Shown: positions 49,230 to 58,688 of the stretch, in pieces
Layout of the letters: every line of letters begins with the position of its first letter
Numbering within the stretch: the stretch's first letter is position 1
Assembly (NCBI GenBank): GCA_039589315.1
Contig: JBDHHQ010000005.1
Coordinates: forward strand, 69,547 to 133,546
DNA length: 64,000 bases
Direction of reading: 5' to 3'
DNA from: Gemmatimonadota bacterium
Lineage (GTDB): Bacteria > Gemmatimonadota > Gemmatimonadetes > Longimicrobiales > Gaopeijiaceae
Notes under the pieces: generated by a model
Told to the model about the DNA's origin: nothing
Seen by the model: the letters and a program-made list of their open reading frames with translations, nothing else
Databases searched by the model: none
Made by a program: the position numbers and the translations under genes

Positions 49230-50480
49230 TCAGCTCGTCGTCGGAGAGTTACCGGCTCGCCAGAGCCGGGGGTTCAGCAGGGATCGAACGGGCGCGGCGT
49301 CGCCCGTTACGCGGATCAGGCCGCTGGCCAGTCGGGGCCGGCGGTGCAGCAGTCCGATGGCCGTTCTACGGGGGCGCCGCCGTGAGACGGCCGCTTCGAC
49401 CAAGCGTTGAAGGCGACGGCCCGGCCGTATGGCGGCGTCGACCTCGTCCTCGTACCACCGGAGGAGACGGGCGGGAGCCTCCGCGCCGCTCAGCAGCCGG
49501 TCAGCTGCTCGCGCTGCGAGCTCGGCCGTGCGCAGGGCGCGGTAGATGCCTTGCCCGGTGAGGGGATCGAAGTACCCGGCGGCGTCTCCCACCAACAAAA
49601 CACCAGGCGCCGTGGGGCGGCGCACCGGCCAGTCGAAGGGTCCGGAGGCCCACGGGCCGTCTACCAGGTCGGCGTCCCGTACCCACTGGATCCCGGAGCG
49701 TTCGAGCCGCTCGATCACGAGGGCCCTGGCGTTCCGGGCGAGGAACCGGCCGAACCGGTCGCTGCGCACGACCACGGTGACGTTCCAGAGGCCGTCTCGT
49801 CGGCGGAGCGGAGCCAGGCCGAGGGTGCCCAGGTCGTCCAGCTCCAGCGTGCCGGTTTCGGGTCCCCGGGGTCCCTGCACATGGCACGTCAAAGACACCT
49901 TGCGAAGACGGGGTCCGCGCGCGAGCGATCCCAGTGCGCGCGAGACCACGGAGCGCAGCCCGTCGGCACCCACGATCAACCGGGGTCGCAACACCACCCG
50001 AGATCCGTCGCTCCGGCGAGCGGAGACCGTCGGAGGCGCCCCAGCCTGCGCCGGTTCCACCGTCTCGACCCGGACGCCCGTGCATACGCGGGCGCCGCGA
50101 CGGTGGGCCTCCTCGAGCAGCGCCGAATCCAGGTCCAGCCGCCGGAGCGCCAAGCCCGGCGCTACGGGATCGAACCGCGCTTCGGCCCGGGTCCCGTTCC
50201 CGGTCCGGAGCGACCAGCCACGGAGCGGGACGGGGTCGATCCTCATGACGAGGGGGAGCAGATCGAGACGGCGCAGCATCGAGACGGCCCCCGGGTTCAG
50301 GCATTCACCGCACGGCTTGGGCCGCGGAAACGTCGACCGATCCAGCACTGCAACCCGCCAGCCGGCCTTCGCGAGCAATCCGGCGGCCGTGCTCCCTGCA
50401 GGACCGCCGCCGACCACCACCACGTCGGGACGCTCGCATCCCTCGTCGACGATCGAGGCCCCGGCTCCTTCGATGATCAT
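49230..50480 (-). CDS. FAD-dependent oxidoreductase (geranylgeranyl-reductase / flavoprotein hydroxylase family)
   Basis: Motifs VVGGGPAGS, FPRPKPCGE, GADG and LVGDAAGYFDPLTGQGI; ATGA overlap. Confidence 0.85.
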   Translation of the reverse strand: MIIEGAGASIVDEGCERPDVVVVGGGPAGSTAAGLLAKAGWRVAVLDRSTFPRPKPCGECLNPGAVSMLRRLDLLPLVMRIDPVPLRGWSLRTGNGTRAEARFDPVAPGLALRRLDLDSALLEEAHRRGARVCTGVRVETVEPAQAGAPPTVSARRSDGSRVVLRPRLIVGADGLRSVVSRALGSLARGPRLRKVSLTCHVQGPRGPETGTLELDDLGTLGLAPLRRRDGLWNVTVVVRSDRFGRFLARNARALVIERLERSGIQWVRDADLVDGPWASGPFDWPVRRPTAPGVLLVGDAAGYFDPLTGQGIYRALRTAELAARAADRLLSGAEAPARLLRWYEDEVDAAIRPGRRLQRLVEAAVSRRRPRRTAIGLLHRRPRLASGLIRVTGDAAPVRSLLNPRLWRAGNSPTTS

Positions 50481-51247
50481 GCGGGGGGATTTTCTCCTGC
50501 CACCCGCAGATCCAGAGGTGAGTCTCCCCGGGCGGTGGGCACTCCCTCCAACACGAGCCGGAATGGGAAGTGTCGACGAACGAGGGGCTCGCGCAGCGGG
50601 GACCGGAGGCCGAGCGCCAGCAGCTCGGCGAGGGTGAACGACCGGAGCACTGAGAGGGGACCGTCGTGTCGGGTGATTCGGTTCCGCCGCCACAGCGTCC
50701 AGGACAGCAGGCGCGCCGACCAGTAGCTCATGGTCCCGCGCTCCAGGTCGTTGACGAGGATCGTGCTCCGCGTCACCCGAGCCATTTCGGCGATCAGGCG
50801 CACCGCGTCCTCGTCACGGAAGTGGTGGAGGGTCAGAGTGGAGAAGGCAACGTCGAACGCACGATCGCGGAACGGCAGGGTCAAGGCGTCGGCGCGCACG
50901 AGCCGGGGGCCACTCCGCCGACGCGCACGCTCTCGGGCAACCGCAAGAACCTCCGGGTGATGGTCCAGCCCGGTGACGGACCAGCGGGAACCTCTAGCCG
51001 CCGCCCAGGACGTCAGCTCGGCGGCCGTGTCCCCGTTGCCGGTACCGACGTCCAACAAGCGGAGCGAGCCGGGCAAGAAGCGTTCGAGGTGTCGGCGAAG
51101 CGCACGGAGCCCACCGAACAGGCGGTTCACCTGCGACACCTGGGAGAGAGACTCGGCCAGCTCCGCGTGATCCTGCTCGACGCGATCCAACAGCTCCGAC
51201 CGATGTACGCGGGCGCCCGCGCGCCATGCGTTACCGCGCGACCGCAT
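50477..51247 (-). CDS. Class I SAM-dependent methyltransferase
   Basis: Motifs LLDVGTGNGD, ADALTLPF, FDVAFSTLTLHHF and HDGPLSVLRSFT. Confidence 0.88.
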   Translation of the reverse strand: MRSRGNAWRAGARVHRSELLDRVEQDHAELAESLSQVSQVNRLFGGLRALRRHLERFLPGSLRLLDVGTGNGDTAAELTSWAAARGSRWSVTGLDHHPEVLAVARERARRRSGPRLVRADALTLPFRDRAFDVAFSTLTLHHFRDEDAVRLIAEMARVTRSTILVNDLERGTMSYWSARLLSWTLWRRNRITRHDGPLSVLRSFTLAELLALGLRSPLREPLVRRHFPFRLVLEGVPTARGDSPLDLRVAGENPPA

Positions 51248-53138
51248 CGAAGAGCCCCGCCGCCACGCCCGACCGGCGGCTGCGTTGTAGCTGGCGGTCC
51301 TCGAGCCCCGTCAACAGGCCCAGGATCTCCAACGGCGTGATCCGGAAGATCACGTTGTCGAGCGCCGCGTCCGGTCCAAGGGGCCAGGCGAAGTCGAGTC
51401 GCACGATCCGGCGCGTGCCAGCAGGAAACCCGAGCCGCAACCCCATCCCCACGTTCCCCTGGATGCCGGAGTTGGACCCGAACGGCACGTCGCCGGCCCA
51501 GGCCACTCCCATGTCGCCGAAGACGGTGATTCCGGTATCCAAAAGATCATCCAGGGGCGTGTGGAGCCGGATGCGGTCCTCCAGGTTGAAGACGAGGCGC
51601 TGGCCACCCGGGAAGTGCTCCTCCCGGTACCCCCGGAGGATGTCCTCGCCACCCAGCGTCAGCTGAAAAGGCATCTCCATGGACCAGCCGGCCGCCGCCG
51701 TACCCCTCAGGAAGAGGGTGTGATTGCTCTGGGGTGACGGCCGCCAGTACGTGTACAAGTCGAGCTCGGCGATGATGTCCCGCCACCCGTGCCGGCCATC
51801 GCCTTGCTCGAAGAGGTAGCGGCCCTCGACGTTCAAGGCCGTGTTCACGGTCCATGGACCGGGGGCACCGCCGCCAAACAGCTGCACCGCGGCGAAGAGG
51901 TCGTCGGGGGCGTCGGCCGGCGCGTCCGACAGGAGCGGCACGCCGAGGCCGAGGGTACCCAGGACTTCCCACCCGACACGGATATCCTGCACCCCGACCA
52001 GGGCATCCAGTCCGCGGCGCTGCACGAATCGGACTTGCCGGTGGCCCATGACCAGGTTGACACGGGTCGTCTCACGCTCGACCGCCTGGGGAGCGATCGC
52101 CGCCACCGTGGAGGAGTCCGCAGGCTCGGTGTTGTCGAAGTCCCCCTCCGGAGTCACCTCGACGTTGTCGGGAAACCCGGGAAACGTGAGACCCTCGAAG
52201 GTGAGCCCCAGTCCGAACATGGTGAGGCGGCCCGGCTCACAGCACCTCCGTGCCGCCGTCAGCTCGATCCGTCGCTCGGTGAAGGGCACCAGCACGTTGC
52301 TGAAGTCCGGGGTCTGGGGTGTAGAGTAGGCGAACAGCGTTTCCCTCGAGGCGAGCTGCTGGCGCGCTGCGACCTGTCCGACCTCGCCCAGGAACGGAAA
52401 GCGCAGCTCCTGCACGAAGAAGTCTCCCACTCGCGTGTTACCCAAGGAGAGCCGCCCGTCCCACCGGCCGAAGAGCCGCGGTGACTCGACCTCGACGCCC
52501 TTCTCCTGGAGCTCCCGCCTCTCCCGGAAGAAGACGCCGATGAGTATGCCTCGGCCTAGAAAGTTCTCTTCCGTCAGCTCGAGCCGACGCAGCTCGAAGC
52601 CGTCGCTGACGGCGATGCCGAGATCCAGCTTCGTCGTCCACTCGTCCCACGTGTCGACGACGACGTGGTTGGTGCCGTCGGGCTGCGGCACGGCGAACAC
52701 GTCGGCCGAAGCCAGGAAGCGGTAACCACGAAGGATCCGCCCGGACTCCCCGAGGAGAAAGGGGTCGAGGCAGTCGCCCGTGCGGAAGAGGAGCTCACTG
52801 CTGATGAAGCTCTCGCGGGTGCGCACGTGTAGCGCGTTGGCGGCCCTGTACGCCCAACGAATGGCGCCGGACGTGTGTTCCTTGGAAGTATCGAATACCG
52901 AGTGGTTGTCGATGAAGACGTAGGACACACGCCCCTGCGGACAGACCTCCGCCCCCGCCACGCCGGGCTCCTGGGCCGAGCCGGCAACAGGGGCCAGCCC
53001 CGCGAGAGCACCGAGCAGGCACACCCAAGGGGCCGGCCTCGCCGAGGGCCGAGAGCCGCGGCAGTAGGTGATGGCTCGGCGCCCCGGGCGGTACCGAACC
53101 CGGTCAGAGCGAGGCGAAGAGGTCCTCTTGATCCTCAT
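51231..53138 (-). CDS. Omp85/BamA-TamA-like outer-membrane protein (POTRA-like domain plus beta-barrel)
   Basis: Motifs HVRTRESFISSELLF, EENFLGRG, LGGEDILRGY, FGDMGVAW and GMGLRLG; the true start is probably 100-150 nt downstream of 53138. Confidence 0.65.
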   Translation of the reverse strand: MRIKRTSSPRSDRVRYRPGRRAITYCRGSRPSARPAPWVCLLGALAGLAPVAGSAQEPGVAGAEVCPQGRVSYVFIDNHSVFDTSKEHTSGAIRWAYRAANALHVRTRESFISSELLFRTGDCLDPFLLGESGRILRGYRFLASADVFAVPQPDGTNHVVVDTWDEWTTKLDLGIAVSDGFELRRLELTEENFLGRGILIGVFFRERRELQEKGVEVESPRLFGRWDGRLSLGNTRVGDFFVQELRFPFLGEVGQVAARQQLASRETLFAYSTPQTPDFSNVLVPFTERRIELTAARRCCEPGRLTMFGLGLTFEGLTFPGFPDNVEVTPEGDFDNTEPADSSTVAAIAPQAVERETTRVNLVMGHRQVRFVQRRGLDALVGVQDIRVGWEVLGTLGLGVPLLSDAPADAPDDLFAAVQLFGGGAPGPWTVNTALNVEGRYLFEQGDGRHGWRDIIAELDLYTYWRPSPQSNHTLFLRGTAAAGWSMEMPFQLTLGGEDILRGYREEHFPGGQRLVFNLEDRIRLHTPLDDLLDTGITVFGDMGVAWAGDVPFGSNSGIQGNVGMGLRLGFPAGTRRIVRLDFAWPLGPDAALDNVIFRITPLEILGLLTGLEDRQLQRSRRSGVAAGLFDAVAR

Positions 53139-53508
53139 CCTCCGAGCCGCCTTCCCGTTCCAGGAGGGCGGCGATTCGCTGCTCCCATCCCTTCACGTCG
53201 AACCGCACCTCGTTCGCGAGCATCCGGCGAAGCACAGGATTGATGTCCCCCAGGTCCTCCAGAAGCTCGGCGAGCAGGTGCCTGGCCTCCCCGGCCCGGA
53301 ACTCCTCGTCGGGCAAGCGCACCATGTCCCGGAGGATCGACCGTTCGGAGCGCGAGGCCACGACGGCGTCTTCCACCGTGGAAACGTACACCTCCGTGCG
53401 GCGGCCGGCCCCGCGGTCTTCGAGAATGGGGCTCAGACCGACGATCTCGTCGGAGCGCCAGAACTTGCCGTACCCCAGGGGGACCATACGACCGCGGATG
53501 ATGTCCAA
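53104..53508 (-). CDS. Hypothetical protein (134 aa)
   Basis: AGGAG RBS before TTG; globular sequence LGYGKFWRSDEIVGL...RRTEVYV; acidic tail. Confidence 0.65.
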   Translation of the reverse strand: MDIIRGRMVPLGYGKFWRSDEIVGLSPILEDRGAGRRTEVYVSTVEDAVVASRSERSILRDMVRLPDEEFRAGEARHLLAELLEDLGDINPVLRRMLANEVRFDVKGWEQRIAALLEREGGSEDEDQEDLFASL

Positions 53509-53704
53509 GAGCCTTCTCCTTGCTGGCGAGTTGGAGAGACGTTTCGGGCGGGAGCTTGACGCCGAGGCCGCTTCGTTCCATGAAACTGGCCCCGCGGCTC
53601 CGGCGCGACGCGGTAAACTACCGGGAGCCGCGTGGCGAGGCGAGACGGTCCCCGCTCCCGGGGCCCCGAGCCTTGCGTCTCACCCGGGCGGGGCCTGACG
53701 CTGT

Positions 53705-53733
53705 TTGACCACCGATTTGCACCCCGGTAGCAT
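53705..53733 (+). promoter_or_regulatory. Putative sigma-70 promoter upstream of the maeB remnant and pckA
   Basis: TTGACC-N17-TAGCAT. Confidence 0.45.
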
Positions 53734-53770
53734 ACGCTCCTGGCCGTATGTCAGATCAACCGGCACCCGA

Positions 53771-53920
53771 GGCATCGGGCGGGCAGAGATCATCGGGCCG
53801 GTGCCCCTCGGCATGCGCGACCCGATGCAGGTGCTGCAGAGAGGAACGACCACGCAGGACGTGATCAACGTGGCCACGATCGCGTCGGTAGACGCGCAGA
53901 CGCCGTTTTCGCAAACTTAG
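53771..53920 (+). pseudogene. C-terminal remnant of NADP-malic enzyme / phosphotransacetylase-like domain (maeB-like)
   Basis: GRAEIIGPVPLGMRDPMQVLQRGTTTQDVINVATIASVDAQ resembles the MaeB/Pta C-terminus; the rest of the gene is absent. Confidence 0.65.
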
Positions 53921-54040
53921 CGTTCTCGGATGGACTGGCGACGCCTCAGGGCGGGCCGGTCCAGCCGGGCCTAGCGCTACCACGAGCGGCGGGCCCGCCT
54001 GACTGAGGATCCGCCGCATCCCGACGGAGGACCCTGATCG

Positions 54041-55672
54041 ATGACGATCACGATGACAGACCTTGCGGTCGTAGAGGGGACGGGCGGACGGAGCGAGAAC
54101 GGGCTCGAGATGCACGGCCTGTCGCCGACCCGGCCCGTACACTGGAACCTGTCGCCGGCCCGCCTCTACGAGGAGGCCATGGCCCGGGACGAGGGTCGCC
54201 TGGTACACATGGGAGCCTTTGCCGCCGTGACCGCTCCCCACACCGGCCGGTCGCCGAACGACAAGTACACGGTGGATGATCCGACGACGACGGACTCCGT
54301 CGACTGGGGCAAGGTCAACGTCCCCATCTCGGAGGACAGCTACCGGCTGCTCAAGGAAGGTGTGATCGAGTACCTGAACGGGCAGGAGCTCTTCGTGCGG
54401 GACGCCCAGGCAGGCGCGGACCGGCATCACGGGATCAACGTGCGGGTGGTCACCCACAACGCGTGGCACTCCCTGTTCGCCTACAACATGTTCCTCCGCC
54501 CCGACGAGGCCGAGCTGGTGTCGATGAGGCCGGACTTCACCGTCCTGCACGCCCCCGGGTACACCGCGGATCCCGAGAAGCACGGTACCCGTTCGCCCAC
54601 GTTCATCATCGTGAACTTCGCCGAGCGAACGGTGCTCATCGGGGGCAGTTGGTACGCCGGCGAGATCAAGAAGTCCATCTTCTCGGTCATGAACTACATG
54701 CTGCCGGACCAGGGCGTCTTCCCCATGCACTGCTCGGCGAACATCGGTCCCGAGGGCGACACGGCTCTCTTCTTCGGCCTCTCCGGGACCGGCAAGACCA
54801 CGCTGTCTGCAGACCCCGAGCGGGGGCTCATCGGCGACGACGAGCACGGATGGAGCGACAGCGGGGTCTTCAACTTCGAGGGGGGCTGCTACGCGAAGGT
54901 CATCAACCTGAGCGCGACGGGCGAGCCCGAGATCTACCGGGCCACGCAGATGTTCGGCACGATCCTGGAGAACGTCGTGCTGCACGAGAGCGATCGGACC
55001 ATCGAGTTCGACGACGGCTCCATCACCGAGAACACTCGGGCCTCGTACCCGATCCATTACATTCCCAACGCGGTGATCCCCGGCATGGGTGGGCATCCGC
55101 GGAACGTCGTGTTCCTCACTGCGGATGCCTTCGGCGTGCTGCCGCCGATCTCACGGCTCTCGCCGGAGCAGGCCATGTATCACTTCATCTCCGGGTATAC
55201 CGCCAAGGTGGCCGGGACGGAGCGGGGAATCACGGAGCCGGTGGCCACGTTCTCGGCTTGCTTCGGCGCGCCCTTCCTCCCGCGCCACCCCTCCGTGTAC
55301 GCCGAGATGCTGGGTGAGCGGCTCCGTCAGCACGGATCACGGGTCTGGCTGGTGAACACCGGTTGGACCGGTGGTGGCTACGGCACGGGATCCCGCATGA
55401 AGCTCGGCCACACCCGCGCCATGGTGCGGGCGGCCCTGGCCGGCGATCTGGACAGCGTGCCCACGGAGGCGGATCCCGTGTTCGGTCTGGCCGTGCCGAC
55501 GTCGGTGCCGGACGTGCCCGGTGAGGTGCTGACGCCGAGAGAAACCTGGGCGGCGCCAAAGGCGTACGACGAGGCCGCCAGGAGGCTGGCGGGGATGTTC
55601 CAGGACAACTTCGAGCAGTTCGCCGACCGGGTTCCCGAAAGCGTGAGAGCCGCGGGGCCCCGTACGGCCTGA
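54041..55672 (+). CDS. pckA: Phosphoenolpyruvate carboxykinase (ATP)
   Basis: Motifs TGRSPNDK, YAGEIKKS, MHCSAN, FGLSGTGKTTLS, IGDDEHGW and NFEGGCYAK. Confidence 0.97.
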   Translation: MTITMTDLAVVEGTGGRSENGLEMHGLSPTRPVHWNLSPARLYEEAMARDEGRLVHMGAFAAVTAPHTGRSPNDKYTVDDPTTTDSVDWGKVNVPISEDSYRLLKEGVIEYLNGQELFVRDAQAGADRHHGINVRVVTHNAWHSLFAYNMFLRPDEAELVSMRPDFTVLHAPGYTADPEKHGTRSPTFIIVNFAERTVLIGGSWYAGEIKKSIFSVMNYMLPDQGVFPMHCSANIGPEGDTALFFGLSGTGKTTLSADPERGLIGDDEHGWSDSGVFNFEGGCYAKVINLSATGEPEIYRATQMFGTILENVVLHESDRTIEFDDGSITENTRASYPIHYIPNAVIPGMGGHPRNVVFLTADAFGVLPPISRLSPEQAMYHFISGYTAKVAGTERGITEPVATFSACFGAPFLPRHPSVYAEMLGERLRQHGSRVWLVNTGWTGGGYGTGSRMKLGHTRAMVRAALAGDLDSVPTEADPVFGLAVPTSVPDVPGEVLTPRETWAAPKAYDEAARRLAGMFQDNFEQFADRVPESVRAAGPRTA

Positions 55673-55683
55673 GCGCCGGCGCA

Positions 55684-57021
55684 GTGCGCGAGGAGGCTGG
55701 TGGCGGCGACCCGGTCGGGGACGCCGCCGCTTTGCCCTCGGGCAGCACCGGGCTCGAGCGGCCCCGCGCCAGCCTGTCGGACCTCTTCCGCACGTTTCTG
55801 AAGATCTCCTTGCTCGGGGTCGGTGGACCTTCGGCCCACCTCGCCCTCATGCTCGACGAGGTGGTGGAGCGGAGGGGCTGGATCGACCGGGAGCACTTCC
55901 TCCATCTGATCGGCGTCACGAACCTGCTGCCCGGCCCCAACTCCAGTCAGGTGGCCATCCACGTGGGCCACACGCAGCGTGGTGTCCCGGGGGCGTTGGT
56001 TACGGGGCTGGCCTTCCTCACGCCTACCTTCCTCATGGTCACCGGCCTCTCGGTGGTGTACTTCCGCTACGGAACCGTGCCCGCGGTCGCGCCCGTCCTG
56101 TGGGGGCTGAAGCCGGTGATCGCGGCCATCATCCTCATGGCTGGCTGGCGCCTCGGCATGGTCGCGATGCGAGGCCGCGCCGGTCCCCTCCTGGGTGCGG
56201 TGGGGTTGCTCGTGGCCGTCGTGGCGGGGCGCTGGATCGTGGTGTCCATGGCTGTGGGCGGGCTCGTCACGTGGTCTCTGTGGCGGGCCAGCTCGGGAGG
56301 TCCAGGATCCCGGTCCCCGGGCGCGGGGGTCCCGGGCAACGGGGCGCCGTCGGCACGGGGCGACCAGGGGCCCCGGCACGACCCGTCGGCACGGGGCGGC
56401 CAGGCTCGGACGGACACGCCGGGGGAGCACCCCGACGCCCCCAGCCCTGCCCTTCTTCTCGTTCCTCTGCCCGGCGCCGCGCTGGCCGCGTCGGCAGCGG
56501 CCCTCGGCAAGGTGTTCTTTCTCCATCTGGGGATCGGTGCGGTTCTGTTCGGTGGTGGCTACACGCTGGTGGCGCTCCTGGAGCCCCACGCGGTCGCCGG
56601 CAGCGGTTGGCTCACACCCGGGGAGTACCTGGATGGCATCGCGCTGAGTCAGGCCGTGCCGGGTCCCATCTCCACCCTCTCCGCGTTCGTGGGATACGCC
56701 GCTGCCGGCCTGCCGGGCGCGGTCCTGGCTACGACGGGCGTGTACCTGCCGGCCTTCGTGGCCGTGCTCCTCGCCGCCCGCCATGTGGAGCGCCTGAGGG
56801 GGGCCGAATGGGCGCGCGCCGCTCTGGACGGGGTCAACGCAGTCGTAACCGGCTCCATCTTCGGCGTGGGCCTGTCGCTTCTGCCTGCCGCGGTGGACGG
56901 CGCGTGGGCCGTGCTGCTCTTCGTCGCAGCCATGCTGGCCATGGCTCGCTTCCGCGTGCCCGCCGCCGCGGTGGTGCTGGTGGGCCTGGGAGCCGGCGTC
57001 GCCAGAGCAGTGCTCTCGTAG
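55684..57021 (+). CDS. chrA: Chromate ion transporter (long-chain CHR family)
   Basis: Two homologous halves: GVGGP...LLPGPNSSQ and FGGGY...QAVPGP. Confidence 0.88.
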   Translation: MREEAGGGDPVGDAAALPSGSTGLERPRASLSDLFRTFLKISLLGVGGPSAHLALMLDEVVERRGWIDREHFLHLIGVTNLLPGPNSSQVAIHVGHTQRGVPGALVTGLAFLTPTFLMVTGLSVVYFRYGTVPAVAPVLWGLKPVIAAIILMAGWRLGMVAMRGRAGPLLGAVGLLVAVVAGRWIVVSMAVGGLVTWSLWRASSGGPGSRSPGAGVPGNGAPSARGDQGPRHDPSARGGQARTDTPGEHPDAPSPALLLVPLPGAALAASAAALGKVFFLHLGIGAVLFGGGYTLVALLEPHAVAGSGWLTPGEYLDGIALSQAVPGPISTLSAFVGYAAAGLPGAVLATTGVYLPAFVAVLLAARHVERLRGAEWARAALDGVNAVVTGSIFGVGLSLLPAAVDGAWAVLLFVAAMLAMARFRVPAAAVVLVGLGAGVARAVLS

Positions 57022-57210
57022 CGCGCAGGAAGGGCCCGGCGTGCGAGGGCCGGCGCATCACGGCGCGGGGAGAGGGCAGGCCTCGCTCGCCGGATCCGGG
57101 GCCGGCCGGAGCCACGCCGTGCCTCTCGCCCCGAGCGGCCTTATCATTGTGCGCCCGTGACCGGACGGGGGCACCGTCCGGATCGGCACGCACCACGGCC
57201 GGAGCCCGTA

Positions 57211-58647
57211 ATGCCAGTCCGTAGAGAGTCCTCGAGAGCGTGCGCACGGCGTCGGCCGGCCCGCCCAGCCGTCCTCGCTGCAGCGCTCGGGGTGCTGCTG
57301 GGCGCGGGGCTGATCCGTCCTTGCCCGACCGCGGCGCAGGCTCCCGTTTACGTGCCACCCGACGTTCCGGCCCGCTACCATCCGCTACCGCCGCTACGGG
57401 AGCAGGCCAAGGAGATGCAGACGTGGGTGGAGGCCCGCCTCAGCCGCGTGCTCCCGAAGCTGATGGCGGAATACGACGTGGACATGTGGATCCTGTCCAT
57501 GCGGGAGTACGGCGAGGATCCGGTCTTCTGGTCGATCATCTCCGAGAGCACCTTCGCGGCGCGCCGTCGCTCCATCTACGTCTTCACGCGCCAGCCTGAC
57601 GGCGCCGTGGAGCGGCTCGCGCTGGGCGGCACGTCGCAGGGAGGGCTGTTCGAGATCTACCGTTCACCCCACCCGACGCCCACCGGTGAGGACGCGGAGC
57701 TGTGGGGCGACGAGCAGTGGCGCCTGCTCCACGAGGTCGTGGCCGACCGGGATCCTGGCAGCATCGCGTTGAACATCGATGAGACGTGGGCGTTTTCCGA
57801 CGGCCTGGGCTCCGGTGAGCGGGAGGCGCTGGAGGAGGCTCTTGGGCCCGGATATGTGGGCCGGGCGAAGCGCGTGCCCGAGCTGGCCATCGACTACATC
57901 GCGGTGCGCGTGCCGGAGATGATGCCCCGATACCGGAAGATCGAGGAGACCGTGCACGCCATCATCGCGGAGGCGTTCTCCAACTCGGTCATCACGCCGG
58001 GGGTCACCACCACGGAGGACGTGGTGTGGTGGCTTCGGCAGAGGGTGAACGACCTGGGATACGGCTCTTGGTTCCAGCCGTCCGTCTCCGTGCAGAGAGC
58101 GGGCGAAGTGCCGGAGGAAGGACCCGTCGTCATCCAGCGGGGCGACATGCTGTGGACGGACTTCGGCGTCGTGGGCATGCGCCTCAAGACCGACACGCAG
58201 CACAACGGCTACGTCCTGGCCGAAGGCGAGACCGGTGTCATCCCTGGCCTCGAGGCTTGCCTCGCGGCGTCGAACCGGATGCAGGACATCCAGCTCGAGG
58301 AGATGCACCCCGGGCGGACCGGAAACGAGGCGCTGCACGCGGCGCTGGCTCGCATGGAGGAGGAGGGGATCACCGGATCGCTCTACTCACATCCCATCGG
58401 TGACCACGGGCACGGCGCCGGCCCCCTCATCGGTCTCTGGGATCGACAGGAGGGCGTGCCCGGTCGCGGCGACGCGAAGCTCCGCCCCTCGACGTGGTTC
58501 TCTGTCGAGCTCCAGGCGACGGTGCCGATTCCAGAGTGGGGTGGGAAGACCGCGAGCTGCCGCCAGGAGGAGGAGGCCTACCTGGACGAGAACGGCGACC
58601 GGCACTGGGTATACCGCCGGCAAACGAAGTTCCATCTCGTCTGGTAG
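57211..58647 (+). CDS. Secreted M24-family (Xaa-Pro aminopeptidase-like) metallopeptidase
   Basis: Signal peptide; motifs ITPGVTTTEDV, metal ligands TDFG...KTDTQH, and HPIGDHGHG. Confidence 0.75.
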   Translation: MPVRRESSRACARRRPARPAVLAAALGVLLGAGLIRPCPTAAQAPVYVPPDVPARYHPLPPLREQAKEMQTWVEARLSRVLPKLMAEYDVDMWILSMREYGEDPVFWSIISESTFAARRRSIYVFTRQPDGAVERLALGGTSQGGLFEIYRSPHPTPTGEDAELWGDEQWRLLHEVVADRDPGSIALNIDETWAFSDGLGSGEREALEEALGPGYVGRAKRVPELAIDYIAVRVPEMMPRYRKIEETVHAIIAEAFSNSVITPGVTTTEDVVWWLRQRVNDLGYGSWFQPSVSVQRAGEVPEEGPVVIQRGDMLWTDFGVVGMRLKTDTQHNGYVLAEGETGVIPGLEACLAASNRMQDIQLEEMHPGRTGNEALHAALARMEEEGITGSLYSHPIGDHGHGAGPLIGLWDRQEGVPGRGDAKLRPSTWFSVELQATVPIPEWGGKTASCRQEEEAYLDENGDRHWVYRRQTKFHLVW

Positions 58648-58688
58648 GACGCCGCGGGCTCCCTCGACGAAAGGCCACCACGCCCACC

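Noticed and set aside
49230..50480. Flavin-dependent halogenase
   Set aside because: It lacks the WxWxIP motif and fits the GGR/hydroxylase-like family better.
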